A DNA stretch of 63,370 nt, the filler included, from Reticulomyxa filosa (taxonomy: Eukaryota; Protista; Foraminifera): assembly GCA_000512085.1 (NCBI GenBank). It is 18 parts of 18 records of this genome, joined end to end, with 100 filler letters (N's around TTAATTAATTAA, not from the genome) between each part and the next. Parts side by side here need not be neighbours in the genome. Positions count along the whole stretch, not along the records: positions 23,747 to 34,751 come from ASPP01003918.1; positions 34,852 to 36,059 come from ASPP01025854.1; positions 36,160 to 37,283 come from ASPP01013293.1; positions 37,384 to 39,624 come from ASPP01015218.1; positions 39,725 to 41,170 come from ASPP01015253.1; 13 more parts are not named here. One strand, 5' to 3'. The notes beneath the pieces were generated by a model. The model saw only the letters and a list, made by a program, of their open reading frames with translations. It did no database searches and was not told the DNA's origin. Made by a program: the position numbers and the translations under genes. Shown piece after piece: positions 26,701 through 39,774 of the stretch. The stretch's first letter is position 1; each line of letters starts with the position of its first letter.

Positions 26701-29700
26701 TATCTCCAAAACCCTTCCATTATACTCTTCCAGTCCATGGTACTACTATTGAACGCAACGCGTACCACTTGTGTTTTTGGATTAATCTTTCGGATTGATG
26801 CAATATCTTGTTCAATTTTAAAGCTCTTGCCCATGCCAATTTGGTCAGAAATATACAACTGCACAAATGACTTGTTACTGTTGCGATTGACTGAGGGATT
26901 TTGTGAAGCAAATGTTTCCAAATCATTACAGTATGATTGTTGCATCAAGTGATTTGGAGTCTGATCATTCAGTACAATGCGTTGAGACAAACTAAAGGGA
27001 TTTAGTTTTTGAGATAACATATTATTGGGTGAATTTGATATCACAACCAATAAATACGGAGTTTTCTTCAATTCATTTAACGCATTTTCACTCAACAGCA
27101 AAGTATGGAACAATTTGGTCACTCGCTCCAATGTTTCCAATGGTAACACTTCTGGCCACATTAAGCAATACAATGGAGGCTGCAAGGCAATTTGTTTTGA
27201 GGGGATGGGAGGAGGAGTTGCGGCGAGCTTCTGTTCTTGTTCATCTTCTTCGTAGACTTTGGCTGATATAGCTCGGAACAACAAGCATTCAATTTCCTCT
27301 TCTGTCGTGTTTTCCTTGCATATCAAAATATGTTCGCTGCAAGGAATGACTCCAACACTTTTGAACAGCTCCAAAACGTTGAGCATTTGATTGGTATTTT
27401 GAATTATTAAGTTAGGTTTGCCATATTCAAGTCCGCACGAAGATACATTACGATATATACTACCAGACTGTTTCAAATTGGTCCAAATATCGGAAAACAC
27501 AGTCCCAAATTGAGTCAACGCCTTATCTCCTTCTGCAGCTTCAAATTTCCATTTTTCTACAAAAGGTAAGGCATCAGAGAGGTTAGGATCAATACGTTGT
27601 AAAAATGGTAAAATAAATCTGGAGCAAAGTATTGCTCGATGTTCTTGACGGCAGTTTACAATATCATTTAATTTTTTGGAAAGACAACGTACTTCATTGA
27701 ATGTAAAGTAATTTAATATTGGAGATATTGTTCTCAATTGCACACATTCCTTTTGCCACTCTTCTAATCTATTCTTCCATTGACTTTGTAGATCTTTAAA
27801 CACTCCTAACGATCCTTTCACGGGCAAGCGCAATTTTTCTGTTTCTTGTCGGCCACCTTTCCTCCAAAACATCACTCGTAATGTCTCAATATCCTTGCAC
27901 ATGCCAAACTGCTTAATCAGTGACTCTACTCTTTTTAACTCTTTTTCTTTGGAAAATCCTAACAATACACGATCAATAGCCTGTTCAATTTGGTCGTAGT
28001 TGAGTTTCTCTGATCCAATTTGCAAGACGAGCCACTCATTTGCTTTTGTTTCTCTTTGCTATTGTCGATAACAATGGAACTGACTTGTAATACTTGGTCA
28101 CATCCAGCAAAATGCCATTGTCCAATCTGATTTGCTTTTTCCAACAAATTAAAGCTTTGGACAGCTTGTAATCGACCGGCTTCTTCCACAAGAAAAGAAA
28201 CACGGCTCAGATCCTCGTCGCAGCACTTTTTGAATTTGACAGTGAAATCGTTGTCACGTTTATGAATTGCTAAAATTGCTTTTGCAACTTGGCTTGTCAC
28301 TTTTAAATCGGTATCCCAAATATACTCACGAATATTTCCATTGACTGCACGTAATGCGCCTACCAATTGCTGGAATCGGATTTCCTTGCAATTGTCCAAT
28401 GTCTCCATGGTGTTTGCAAAATGCTCTTTGTTTGCAAAGTTTTCGTTAGTCGCCAGTTGTTTGATCAGCTCTTTTTTATTCACGATCAAATCTAACAATT
28501 CCACACATTGCAAAGCTTCATTTCCAAAGCAGCTGATACACTCATCGTAACATTTGGACAAGTGTTGGATTGAAGGCTCTCGTTCTTTCAGTGCTTTAAG
28601 GCCGTTCTCCAATGACTGGATAAAAGTATTCCAATTTTTATCGTTTTTTATTGTGTGGTTCGATTTGTGATATTCTTTTAAAATTTCGGTGGCATCTATT
28701 AGCTTTGCCCAAGGAGTCACCATTTCTCTTAGTTGTTTAATCTTTTCACATTTTTCATGGATACCTTTTGCCATTGCCTCACTTGTTTGCGGATGCCACT
28801 TTGGAAATAGAAATTTCAATTCCAAATGTAAATCACTCGCTTCAAACCAGTTCAAATCTCCCATAGAAAATGACTCTTTTTTTATTCTCTCTCCCAATCC
28901 CATCCATTTTTTGTTCACTTGAGTATAGAGTTCGTCCATACTCGTCTCAAACGTCAACTTTCCTTGTTCTTTCATATCTGCTCGGTACATATTCCATAGC
29001 TTTTTAAATGCAAAGCTGTTTTTGATATCTGCCAAATCGTTCATTATTTTTTCTCTTTTTTGAAACATCTTTTGTTCATTCTGATAGCTCTGACATGCTT
29101 TTAGAAATGGCTCCAAATCCCAATTGGCACAGAAATTACCAAACTCTTGTAACCGTTCGGAGAGATCATCAGGAATCATATAATTTGTCGACACCACTGT
29201 GTATAACTGTTTCAATCGCACAAACTCTTTATATTTTTTTAATACATCCAATAATGCATTGACTCTGTTTTGGATATTGTTGTCTTTCCATCTGGGCAAA
29301 GATTTGCTGATCAATTGAATGTTATTCTTGTTGTTATCACGTTCGAGAAACTCGCACACACAAAATGCAATTGACTTATCTTCACTCATTGTAAATAAAT
29401 TATTCAATGCCATTTCCATAAAGGTTTGTAAGTCTTTCAATCGTTCCACTTTCGTTGATTCATGTTGAATCAATGGCAACCACGGAATAGACAGAAAGCA
29501 ATACTCCAAATAATATATTAACAACTTTGGTTTATCTTTGTCTACTTTTTCTTCTTTAGGCACTTCTTGTTTCTTTTCTTCATTGTTTTCGTTTTCTTTA
29601 TCTTGATTTTCTTTTTTTTCCTCGGTTGTGTCCTTGTCTTTGTTAGCATCCTCTTTATTTACAATTGGTTCCACTTGCACGGGAATATCCACAATAGCTT

Positions 29701-32700
29701 CAAATATTTTGTTCAATAATTTCAAATCAACAGATATGGACTTTGTCCCCAAAAGTTTTTTCATTGCCTCCAAAGATTTATTGCTCCATTTTTTTCCGCT
29801 GAGTAATATGGTCTCTTTTTTCTCTGTTATTTCAGTCAAAAATGTGTTTTGGTATTCACTGGGGAGACTCCAAAATTCTGGATGAAACATCAAATCCACA
29901 AGTTGTTGCGGAGAATCAATATTCCTTCCAACCATCTTGTTGTTTATCCAGTCACTCAAACTTTTCGACAAAATATTTTTAAAAATATGTTTTCTTTCTT
30001 CTTGTGTTTCATACGTAAACAGTTTCAGCCACAATGTGAGCGGCTTTCCTTCTGATACAAATCGTTTTAGCAATTTCTCAGAAGCATCACTGACTTGTCT
30101 TTCAATAGCTTTTTGGTCAAATGAACAGTATTTCCAAAGCACACCAAAAATAACCATTAATGTGTCAACACGATAGATTATGCCCGTTTTGTCAATGTAA
30201 TAATCCAATGTTTGCAACACATTTTCCCAATTTTCCCAAATTGTATCTTTGTGTTTCAGTATAAAAGAAATGAAATCAATGAATGCTTCATCAGTCAAAA
30301 CTACTGCATGTTGGAAGTTTCTATGGTCAAATATACCCAACAATTTTTTGCGAATTTGCTCATCTTTTAATGCCTGAATGGTTTGGAGTCTCTCTACAAA
30401 CTGACTCCACTTTTCAAAGTTACATTTGTGTAAATTGAAAATAACATCAGCACATTTCGAGTCATAAGATGTCCACAAGTTAGTCCACGTTTGCACAGTC
30501 ATAAATTCATCATTAGATAACAAATGTTTCAATACTTCTTGGGATAAATAATTATCATTTTGTAAATGCAATATTTGCATCAAATGTACTTCTGCGCATA
30601 AGTTTGAACTGATACTGAGCAGACGTCGAATTTTTAGATCCGTTTCGACAACGTCTATACACCGTGTGGCCATTTGTGACACTTTATTAACGTTTTTAAA
30701 GTCGAAACATCTTAAAATTTTGTCATTTTGCATGTTAGATTTGCTTGTCAAAAGATTGAAACAAGGGATCAACATAAACTGTTGGAAGCCTTCTACTTTA
30801 GTACACGTCTTATCTTCACATATATTGCATTTCAAGTCAAACCAGAATATGTCTTTCATAGTTTCAATTATGTTTAGTGTTGTTATCGCACATTTCACTA
30901 CAGCAAACAGTTGCGGTGGAAACAGATATTGTCGTTGTTCTCCAAGTTGTTCACATACAAATATAATTTGATAAATCTTTTTTTTTTTAAAGAATTTCTA
31001 ATGACCAAATTGTACCAAAAACAGGAAAATATAATATATGTATATATCATAAATCTTAACTAATTTAATATCTCCTTTGTGTTTGTTAAGCGAATTTGTT
31101 ATTTTTTGAAATAAACTTTGGAGTTCTTTGGTAGGTTTTTGAAACTCCTTGGCCATATCACGCATAGCTTGCCTGGCAAATTGAAATGACTCTTCGTCAT
31201 GGATGCTTTCCATCAAATGGCGAGCCACAAAAACATTCGGGAATTGAGACGAGCTATCCGTAGCCTTCTTTAAAAAATGAATAGCGTCGTAGAGTGGCTG
31301 AGCATAGCCCTGGCTTTTTAATGCCACAAAATAGGCACATTTGTGGTGATCTACATTAACGGACACGCGTAAATTCTGATATTTAACGTCAACAACTAAA
31401 CTTGTATTCTTTTTTATTCGAAAATCGGCCACGCACAAAGATGTGAATTCAGTGCTTGCCACTCTCATTGAATATCCTTGTCCTAAAATTTTTTTTGGAG
31501 TAACTCTAAAGAGATATAATCGAAATATAAAAAATATACCTTTTTTTAACGAAATAATTGGCCTCTTATCTGTTGATAAAATTTCATGGTAAGCATAAAT
31601 CCTCACAATTTTAGAGGCGTTGTCATTGGTACACTCATTTGGAATGATGAAATCTGGTAGTGTATTACAATCAATAATTTTCTCTTCAAGGACAATGTCG
31701 ACACACTTTTCTAATAAATGTTGGCAGTTGTCGTCTTCGGTCATTTCATGAAATTCTTCCACCAGCTTAAGCAGCTTCACAATTTCTTCATTTTGTTCAC
31801 CTGAATTTGCGGGATTTACCTCTTCGTCATGTTTACCCTCATTTACATCTTGGCTTTGTCTTGAGGGAGGCAATGCGCATAACAATGAATCTGGTACTTG
31901 GCATGGCTCACAAATGCATTGCATAATTATCCCTTTAGCCAACTCCAATTGGATGGCTCTCTTTTGCCACATTACTTGCTCCATTTTGCTTTCTCTAACG
32001 TGACTATCTTCCCCTTCTTGGAGCAGTTTCATCAATGTGGAGCCCATTTTAGACAGCTCTTTGTTTTGCCATTGTTTCCACGATGGTTGTTCTGTATGTT
32101 AGACAAAGTGACTTATCATTCAATTGATATAAATATACCAACAAAAAAAAAGATACGTTGGGATGGATCTTCGAGCCACTTTTTGACATCGCAAAAATTA
32201 CTTGCTTTTTCTTCAAGTTCTGAAGATGCTGGAATATCTTTAATTTTACGACTGTCCAAATACAAACAAGGAAAGTTCGTATAAAATCAAAATTATATGT
32301 GTACACATGTATACGTATGCGTGTATGTACATTAGAGCTTTTTCAATCCGCTTCACATCCACAGGTATGTATTGTTTTTCAAACCGAAGCCGAAAAGATA
32401 ATTTATCCCCATCACGCAATTTGGTTACTCCTGGTACAATGTTGCTTGAAAATGTCACACTTATCTTCACGCCGCAAATATGAAAAAAAAAAAGCAACAC
32501 GAGTGTGAAGAAACAACTGTTTGTGTAACATAATCATCAAAACACGTAACTTGTCTTGTATCAGAGTGGGGTTTTATTGACACTAAGAACACTTTGTTAG
32601 CACATCCAATGTGTCCTTCATACACAGGCCACTCAATATTTTCCACTACCAATTTTTTGTTTTCATTCAATGTATACGTGCATTGAATTTCGTCACCTTG

Positions 32701-33569
32701 CTTCAATTGCAAATGTCCCCACTGCTTGTCTTCTAGTGGCGCATTCGCTTTTTGGTTGTTCTGGAACAACATAAAAAAAAAAAGTGTCACTCTTTTCCTT
32801 CTTTTTCAATTTACACTAATAAATAAATAAAAATGTACAGTGTTATTAATGTCACCTTCAGATTAAATGTAACAACTTTCGATGTCAAATTTACACTTGC
32901 GACTTTTCCATACTCCACTTTTTTTTCGACGGGCTTTGGTTCATTTTTGGCATCTTCGTTGGTGGCACTATTGGTATTGTTTTGGGTGGAATCATTTTTG
33001 TTTTCGTCCTTTGGAATGATCTGCTTTTCAGCTTCTACTTGCCTTGGGGTTGATTCTTTGGCTTTCTCGTCATCCTTTGAAGGAATTTCGTTCCCATTTT
33101 CTGGTTTCTCTTTGGTGGATGCTTTACTACTTTCCAAGTTCGTTTCGACAGGTTTTTCTGATCTTTTTAGTTTGTTTATTTAAAATGAAATGATATTTTC
33201 CCAAAAATAAAAAAGCCAATCAACTCATTTTGTAACTGAAAATGTACTAAAAGAGTGGCTCTATTTTTTGTTTGCTATCAACTGCAATTTTTCAGTGTCT
33301 CCTCTCATAAAACCATCGACATCAAGTGGCTTCATGTCTTTTTTTTGGCGCCATTCGTTCAATGCACGCAATAGTTTTGATTGTTGACCTTCAACCAATT
33401 CTGCTTTTTTGAATACATTCCGCCATTTTTCGTTCGGTAGGACGACCACGCTTTCCATGTCGTCACATCCTAAAACGTCGAACAATTGCTCTAAAACTTT
33501 GTCCACATACTGTTGTCTCAATATTCTTAAAAAATCTCTAATTTCTGCTTTCCCTGGATCTTCTGCCAT
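23747..33569 (-). CDS. Giant RNF213/mysterin-like multi-AAA+ ATPase, multi-exon, 3'-truncated by contig end
   Basis: SDQIGMGKS; PIILMGETGCGKT; IFLDEINT; IAACNPYRK; YRVHPLCETM; VSLRDVSR; LKENLF; VGKPGTSKT; LLDEIGLAEHSKHSPLKILHQLLE; FVGISNW. These are collinear with RNF213 AAA-core motifs (e.g. DEVGLAEDSPKMPLKTLHPLLE). Co-oriented ORFs span about 9.8 kb. Confidence 0.88.
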
Positions 33570-34851
33570 TGTGCAACATACAATGACGAGCAAAAAAAAC
33601 CTTCGTTAGTTTGTTTATCAATATTGCATCCCTTGCTCAAGTATTTATGTAATTTGTATATTCTTTCTCTTACGTTGGATTTCCGCAATTGACAAAATAT
33701 ATTTCTATCAGCTTTTTCATTCGATAATGCTAATTGATTTTTATTACGCATAAATAATCTTCAAATTCTCTTCAGAGTTATTATGAATTCCTCTCTTTCT
33801 TTTTTGTCTTAATTATTTTTACCTACTGATGTTTATCAAAGTTAATAAAAGTGAATTTGTAGCTCAGAAATGAGCAATCTACAATTTGCAACACGATAGC
33901 TTACTGAAATAAATAGCATTAGAAAAGTGTGTTGTCTAACCATAATGCAAAATAAGGAGTTTTATCGATAACTGACACACTTAGCACTACTTTATCAATA
34001 GGCTTAAAGCATATCCATTTTTTTTCAATTTCAACAATTTTTAATGTGTTGTTTTGAATAAGATAACGCTCTAAAGTTTTTGTCTGTTTAAAAGTTTTGA
34101 GAGTGGGCTCGAAAAGAAAAAAGTAACTGCCAACTGTCAAAGAATTAAACTCTCAAAAAACTTGAGTACCACTTCTGTTTATCAAATACATTTGTAAAAA
34201 AATACTTTTATGCTCTCCTTGCGAAGTTTGTACGATTTAAATATCGCACATTATTCATGGCACAATTATATTCAGTCTCTAATCTTCCGTTCCTTTCTGG
34301 AGTCACTATCTTTTTCTCGAGAGTAACTTTTCCTTTTCGAATTAACAAAGAAACTTGGTAATTTTAGTTTTTACTGGGAAACAACTTTAGGGATATGAAA
34401 AAGAAAAGCAATATAAGATAGTTCATGTAGTAATTTGCATATTATTACTTGCGATATAACTTTCTGCGAAAAAAGTCTTTAAAAAATGTTGATTTTTGAC
34501 TTAGAAAATCGATATATCATAAAATGTTATTTTGGTATGTCAAAATTTTTGTCCTTACATTGTAAAATCAAAATTATATTTAATTGAAAAAATAACCTGT
34601 CAAGATGCAATAAATATTTTCTCTATTTGTTCAATTAAAAAAAGGAAAAATGTAATCAAAAGCCTATGTCGATTACAACACCAAATTATATTTTTATTCT
34701 TTGGCACTACAGTTGCGACAAAAAAAATTAGACAACCCTAAAATATGAACTNNNNNNNNNNNNNNNNNNNNNNNNNNNNNNNNNNNNNNNNNNNNTTAAT
34801 TAATTAANNNNNNNNNNNNNNNNNNNNNNNNNNNNNNNNNNNNNNNNNNNN

Positions 34852-35760
34852 TTGGTACTAGTTTATGGATTGCTCACTTTTGCTGGACTATCTTCGGAAT
34901 CGGCGACCTGTATTTCGTTGCTCTTCAAGTGTCAGAGAATGCGGCGGACACAAGCCACTTTGTACACATTTGAGTTGGTTTCAAATCGATGTGAGCTTTG
35001 AATTGTAATGCAGTTGCATCATGGCACGCAAGAAACAAGAAAGTCGAAGCCAATGCAAAAAGAAAGAAAAATAATAGAATACGTCCAAGACTGAAGAAAA
35101 TAATGGTATCCTCCATCATTGGAATGGTCGTTATTGGAAATGCTATCGTTACAAGGGTGACGAGAACGGATGGGCTTCGTATTTTGAAAGAATCCAATCG
35201 TGATATGGCATTATAACAGTTGGCAAATAAATCCCGGACAATCTTGATTTTATAGTCGAGCGGCACCAAGGTCCAGTTTCCAAGATAAAAGAAAAGGAAA
35301 ATGTGATGATATCGCACAAAGTACTAACGATATGAGCATTACGGTGTCGCAGCAACGGGATTTATTGAAGGAGTAGAAAAGGTGAATAAAAGGACGTGGA
35401 CGTTGTTACATGTGGCGTTCGAGTAAACCACGACATGGGAAGAATCGCTTCATATGCGAAGATTCAATTTGGTGGAGTAGTTATGCAACGCTCAAGCCAA
35501 GATCATTCGCAAACAAGAAGGGAAGAGAGAGATAATAAACAAAAGAAAGATAGCGCCAAACTCCGGGGAGTTATACCGCGTTGGATTTTTAAAAAAAAAC
35601 TTTGTCGGCTTTGCTGGTTGTGGAATGATTATTCACACACGCAAATAGCGACTTTACGCGCTCTCGGACATGCACTAACTTCATAATGTGCCAATCGAAG
35701 CTGCTGGATGATCGTGACAATGTCAAGAGAAGTGGCAATAATGATATGATAATGGTGACA
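34852..35760 (+). repeat. Degenerate dispersed repeat family A, copy in contig 9
   Basis: 35440-35740 aligns with 60915-61215 (ccaaactccggggagttataccgcgttggattt vs ccaagagtccggggggctataacgcgttggattt). 34872-34905 aligns with 60814-60848. Confidence 0.75.
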
Positions 35761-36159
35761 ACGAAACGCAGCCCATGTTTTTCATTGTCAATTATTGCAA
35801 GATATTGGATTGATGTTGTGTGTGCGCCGATATTTGCATGTCGTTTCTGTATTCAGAGACTTTGGCTCGATTTGCGCAGAAGATCTAATGTTGTTACACC
35901 ATTTATTATGAAGAGCAACAACGTCGTACCAGTCGATAATTGGATTAACGATTCAAGAGCCCCCCAACACATCGAAGCGATTAATTATCTGTTTCGCCAA
36001 ATGGTGGAGCGGCTTTGGGCCTGCTGGGTGGATACGTGGACAACGCCAGTGTCAGCAATNNNNNNNNNNNNNNNNNNNNNNNNNNNNNNNNNNNNNNNNN
36101 NNNTTAATTAATTAANNNNNNNNNNNNNNNNNNNNNNNNNNNNNNNNNNNNNNNNNNNN

Positions 36160-36840
36160 CAAGGCCCCAAGTCCGCCAAGTGCGGCGACAAGGAGACCGG
36201 CGGTCGCTGGAAGCGGGACCGCCGCGGGTTCGTCGTACTGGGTGATCTTCAGCGACTCGACGGTCATGTATCCCTTTGCATGCCGGCGTAGGACGACGTG
36301 CTGGTGTCAAATGCAGAGAGCTCGAAGTACCCGTAATTGTCGACCAAGGAGTCTGTCAGTGTCTTCGAGACCTCCAGGTCGATCGACGTCCCCGTATTCC
36401 AGGTCGTTTCCTGGAAGAAGGACGTTGTCACGTCAATCGTCCCGTTCGACGTGGTGCCGCTTGCTTCATGCTTGGCAAAGGTTGAACTCGGGCCGCCAGC
36501 AACCAGGAAGGCGAAACCCGCCCTGGTGGCGTTGAGGGCAACTTGACCCCGTTGATCTCCAATGTCACGGAGACGATGGGACTCACCAGCCCATAGAGGC
36601 TGCCGCCATAGAGGCGGTCCGCGGCATCCTCGATGGTTGATCGGGCGCCCAGGGCAGTATCATAAACGACCGTTAGGATATATTCGAACCCGTCCAGAGA
36701 CGTACTGCCGGTGTCAAAGACATTCTCGTAGTAATCAACCCCGTCATAGACTGAGCCCGTGTAGGTCGCCTTCATCGTCGCGCTTCGGCTGACATCGTCA
36801 TGAGCGCCAAAGCACCAGTTGCAAAAAGAAGCCTTCCCAT
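36160..36840 (-). CDS. Bacterial VPLPA-CTERM sorting-domain secreted protein (frameshifted, 3'-truncated)
   Basis: GGAGG RBS at 36849-36853, ATG at 36840, signal peptide MGRLLFATGALALMTMSAEA, body ATMKATYTGSVYDGVDY..., end YDEPAAVPLPATAGLLVAALGGLGAL. Needs about 3 frame corrections. Confidence 0.8.
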
Positions 36841-36954
36841 TCCGAATTCCTCCAAGCTGCCCGAGCCCAATTGCCCTGCCCTCAGGACGCCAGACGACAC
36901 TGCGATTCGCATGACGCAAATTGGCTATGCCGGCCCAGGAAAACACAGACCCCG

Positions 36955-36986
36955 AAAAAGGGACTGCCGGGCGGAGGGCCCGGCAG
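36955..36986 (-). terminator. Rho-independent terminator
   Basis: 9-bp stem CTGCCGGGC/GCCCGGCAG with a 5-nt loop, followed on the minus strand by TCCCTTTTT, about 25 nt after the stop at 37012. Confidence 0.75.
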
Positions 36987-37011
36987 CCAGTCTTGGCGGG
37001 GGGGTATGGGG

Positions 37012-37283
37012 TTACGAGCGGCGATTGCGGCGGGCCGCAACCCCCAGCCCGCCGATGGCGGCAGCCAACAAGCCGACCGTGGCCGGCAGTGGCACGGCGG
37101 CCGGTGTTTCTTCTACGGCGCTGACGGTGAGCGTCTCCTGCCAGAGGTAGGCATAGGAATTTGTCAGGTAACTGGACGTCGCCCTGTCATAGTATCGCGC
37201 CCAGAAGTAGCCGAGATTGTTCTGGCTGAAGGCCTCGTCAAAGGTCATGGTGAGGTCTGTAACCCCGGACAGGTCCTGACCCA
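37012..37283 (-). CDS. Bacterial VPLPA-CTERM sorting-domain protein, 5'-truncated
   Basis: Ends PAAVPLPATVGLLAAAIGGLGVAARRNRRS*: VPLPA motif, TM helix, basic tail. Confidence 0.9.
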
Positions 37284-37383
37284 NNNNNNNNNNNNNNNNN
37301 NNNNNNNNNNNNNNNNNNNNNNNNNNNTTAATTAATTAANNNNNNNNNNNNNNNNNNNNNNNNNNNNNNNNNNNNNNNNNNNN

Positions 37384-38071
37384 TTGAGATTGAGATTGAG
37401 ATGGAAGGTGAGATTGTGATGAAGAAGTGTCCTTTCTTCCACTTGTGTTTATATCCTTCCCTGCGTTTTGTCGACTGTCTGATGTCGTCATCTTGGCTTG
37501 AGATTCCATCACTATATTTGTTCCGTTGGGTTCATTTTTCTCGGATTCGGGTTCTCGTTTCTTTTGGTTACACATCAACACATTCAACCCTCTTTATTGA
37601 AATTGCTTCACGTTCGTCATATACATACATCCCGGGTGCATATGTCATTTGTATATATATATTTTTTTTTTTTTTTTTTTTTTTGACGTGGGGACCCCCT
37701 TATCTCCTCCCTTCCCTCTTCTTTCTTTACTATGCACATTCACCAAAGGGGACACTTCCAAAAAAAAAAAAGTCTCAATGTGCCCTGGAGATCAATGTCG
37801 GCATAATATGTTATCAAAATAAAAAGATTTTTAAAAAGCACATATCTCATAAGGTATAAACTGCAGGAAGAGAGCTTTTTTCAGACACGCTTCCAGTCTT
37901 ACTGACACGGCGTTGACCAACAGGGTTTGTTTTGGTTGTGTCCACAGGTTTTGTATTTTTTGCTTCTGACGGCTTTGCTGTCTGAGACTTGGATGCTTGC
38001 AGCGTACTATTCTTTTTGGTTGGTGAGCTTGAATTGCGAGTCGCACCTGAGCGCTGTTGATTATCTGACAT
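37384..38071 (-). CDS. Ser/Thr/Lys-rich low-complexity hypothetical protein, 3'-truncated, at least 2 exons
   Basis: ATG 38071 MSDNQQRSG..., an intron, then an exon ending in SQ repeats. Divergent from the FYVE gene. Confidence 0.5.
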
Positions 38072-38467
38072 CACAAATGTAACCCCAAAGAACGTTCCCT
38101 AAAATGGAAACTACACTTTTTTGTGTTTTTTTTACGAAATATCTTGCTTAGGCATGCAATTTGTGTTGTTTAGTATTGATCTTTTGGCTCATTTTGAACA
38201 TTTACACTATTGCTTTGGAGTGTTAGTCACTTATTGCCTGCCGCTCGTTCTTAAGTCTCAAACAAAGCGATAAACTTATTAACCCGTCGGAAATGAGCTT
38301 GACACATCATTTAAAAAAACACAATAAATTTTTTCGGCACAATTTATTGGAGAAAACGAAAAATGGATCGATTTCATTGAAATACCCACGTTAAAGTAAG
38401 TTTGTCGTGAGCAGTTTTCTTTTTTTTTTTTTTAAAACGGGAGGTGTGGATGCGGTGACATTAAGTA

Positions 38468-39037
38468 ATGACTTCAAACTATAACAATCCTGCATATTCT
38501 CTACTTCCAGGGAATGAAAGAGTAAAAGAACAAAAGCTGACCTCGCAAAAAATTGAAACGTGGGCGGATATTCCAGTGGACTTAAGTGCGGATGGTTTCA
38601 GTGACTTTCGAAAACTGAATGTTGATTATCAACAAGCCCGTCAGAACAACGCTGCAAGGAATCGTTTTTTGGGTAGTGACGTGAGTAATATACCAATTGA
38701 GAGTGGCAATGAATCATTGCTAAGTCGCCTTTTCACTTTTATGAGCAGTGACAATTTGGGGACTGTGAATAAGGGAGTGGCATCATCGAAGCAAGCGGAA
38801 GACTTATCGATGATAATACCACGAAGCCGTGCCAACAGTGGCGATATGAGTGTGTATGAGACAACGTCCATTGCAAATACGACAGCCCCCACACTGAACC
38901 GCCGTCAGGAAATAGACGATGCAGAAGACAATAATGATAGTGAGGATGAATACTATCAAGACGAAGAAAACAAATTTGATAACAAACATGGCAGTCGTCG
39001 AACTATTTTGAGAAAAAACTAGTTCTTTGTATATTAT

Positions 39038-39068
<31 letters not shown>

Positions 39069-39624
39069 ATTATTATTATTATTATTATTTGGTTCTTGAT
39101 TCCCCTCTCTTGCACAACTTGCACTTTATCATCGCTCTTCGAACACATCCAAAGCCTCCAAATATACCCCCCCCCCCAAAAAAAAAAATAAAATCCAAAA
39201 AGCCTCGGTTTTGGATGTCTGATCGCAATTGTACACAATGCAGTGAGTGTGGTGCTACATTTCACACTTTTAAGAGAAAACAGTTTGGAATGATTACTAT
39301 TTTTTTTTTTCCCTTCTCTACTTTATCATATAAATATATACATTTATGTATATGTTTATATAAATGTCTATATTTTATACGTACAACGATAATGACGAAG
39401 AGAGAAAGGGAAGTGAATAAACAAAAGGAAAGTTGGATTTTGATTGTTTGTTTGTTTGACAATTTGGCTTTGTGCACAATCAAAACATTCGTTCAAAATT
39501 TTGTATCACTCCCCATTGTCCCATATAAACACATATTTGCGTATTTGATCGTTGTAGCCATTGCCGGTTGTGCGGTCGTGTATTTTGTCAAGGGTATTCA
39601 ATCTGTTTTTTTTTTTTTTTTTTT
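38468..39624 (+). CDS. FYVE zinc-finger protein N-terminus (Fab1/PIKfyve-like position), 3'-truncated
   Basis: FWMSDRNCTQCSECGATFHTFKRKH then HCRLCGRVFCQ. Intron 39283-39557 splits the RKHHCR motif in frame. Confidence 0.88.
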
Positions 39625-39735
39625 NNNNNNNNNNNNNNNNNNNNNNNNNNNNNNNNNNNNNNNNNNNNTTAATTAATTAANNNNNNNNNNNNNNNNNNNN
39701 NNNNNNNNNNNNNNNNNNNNNNNNTTTTTTTTTTT

Positions 39736-39769
<34 letters not shown>

Positions 39770-39774
39770 GACGA

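Noticed and set aside
36160-37283. Horizontal transfer of bacterial genes into the host genome
   Set aside because: There is no host-bacterial junction. The whole contig is GC-rich with bacterial signals and error-like frameshifts.
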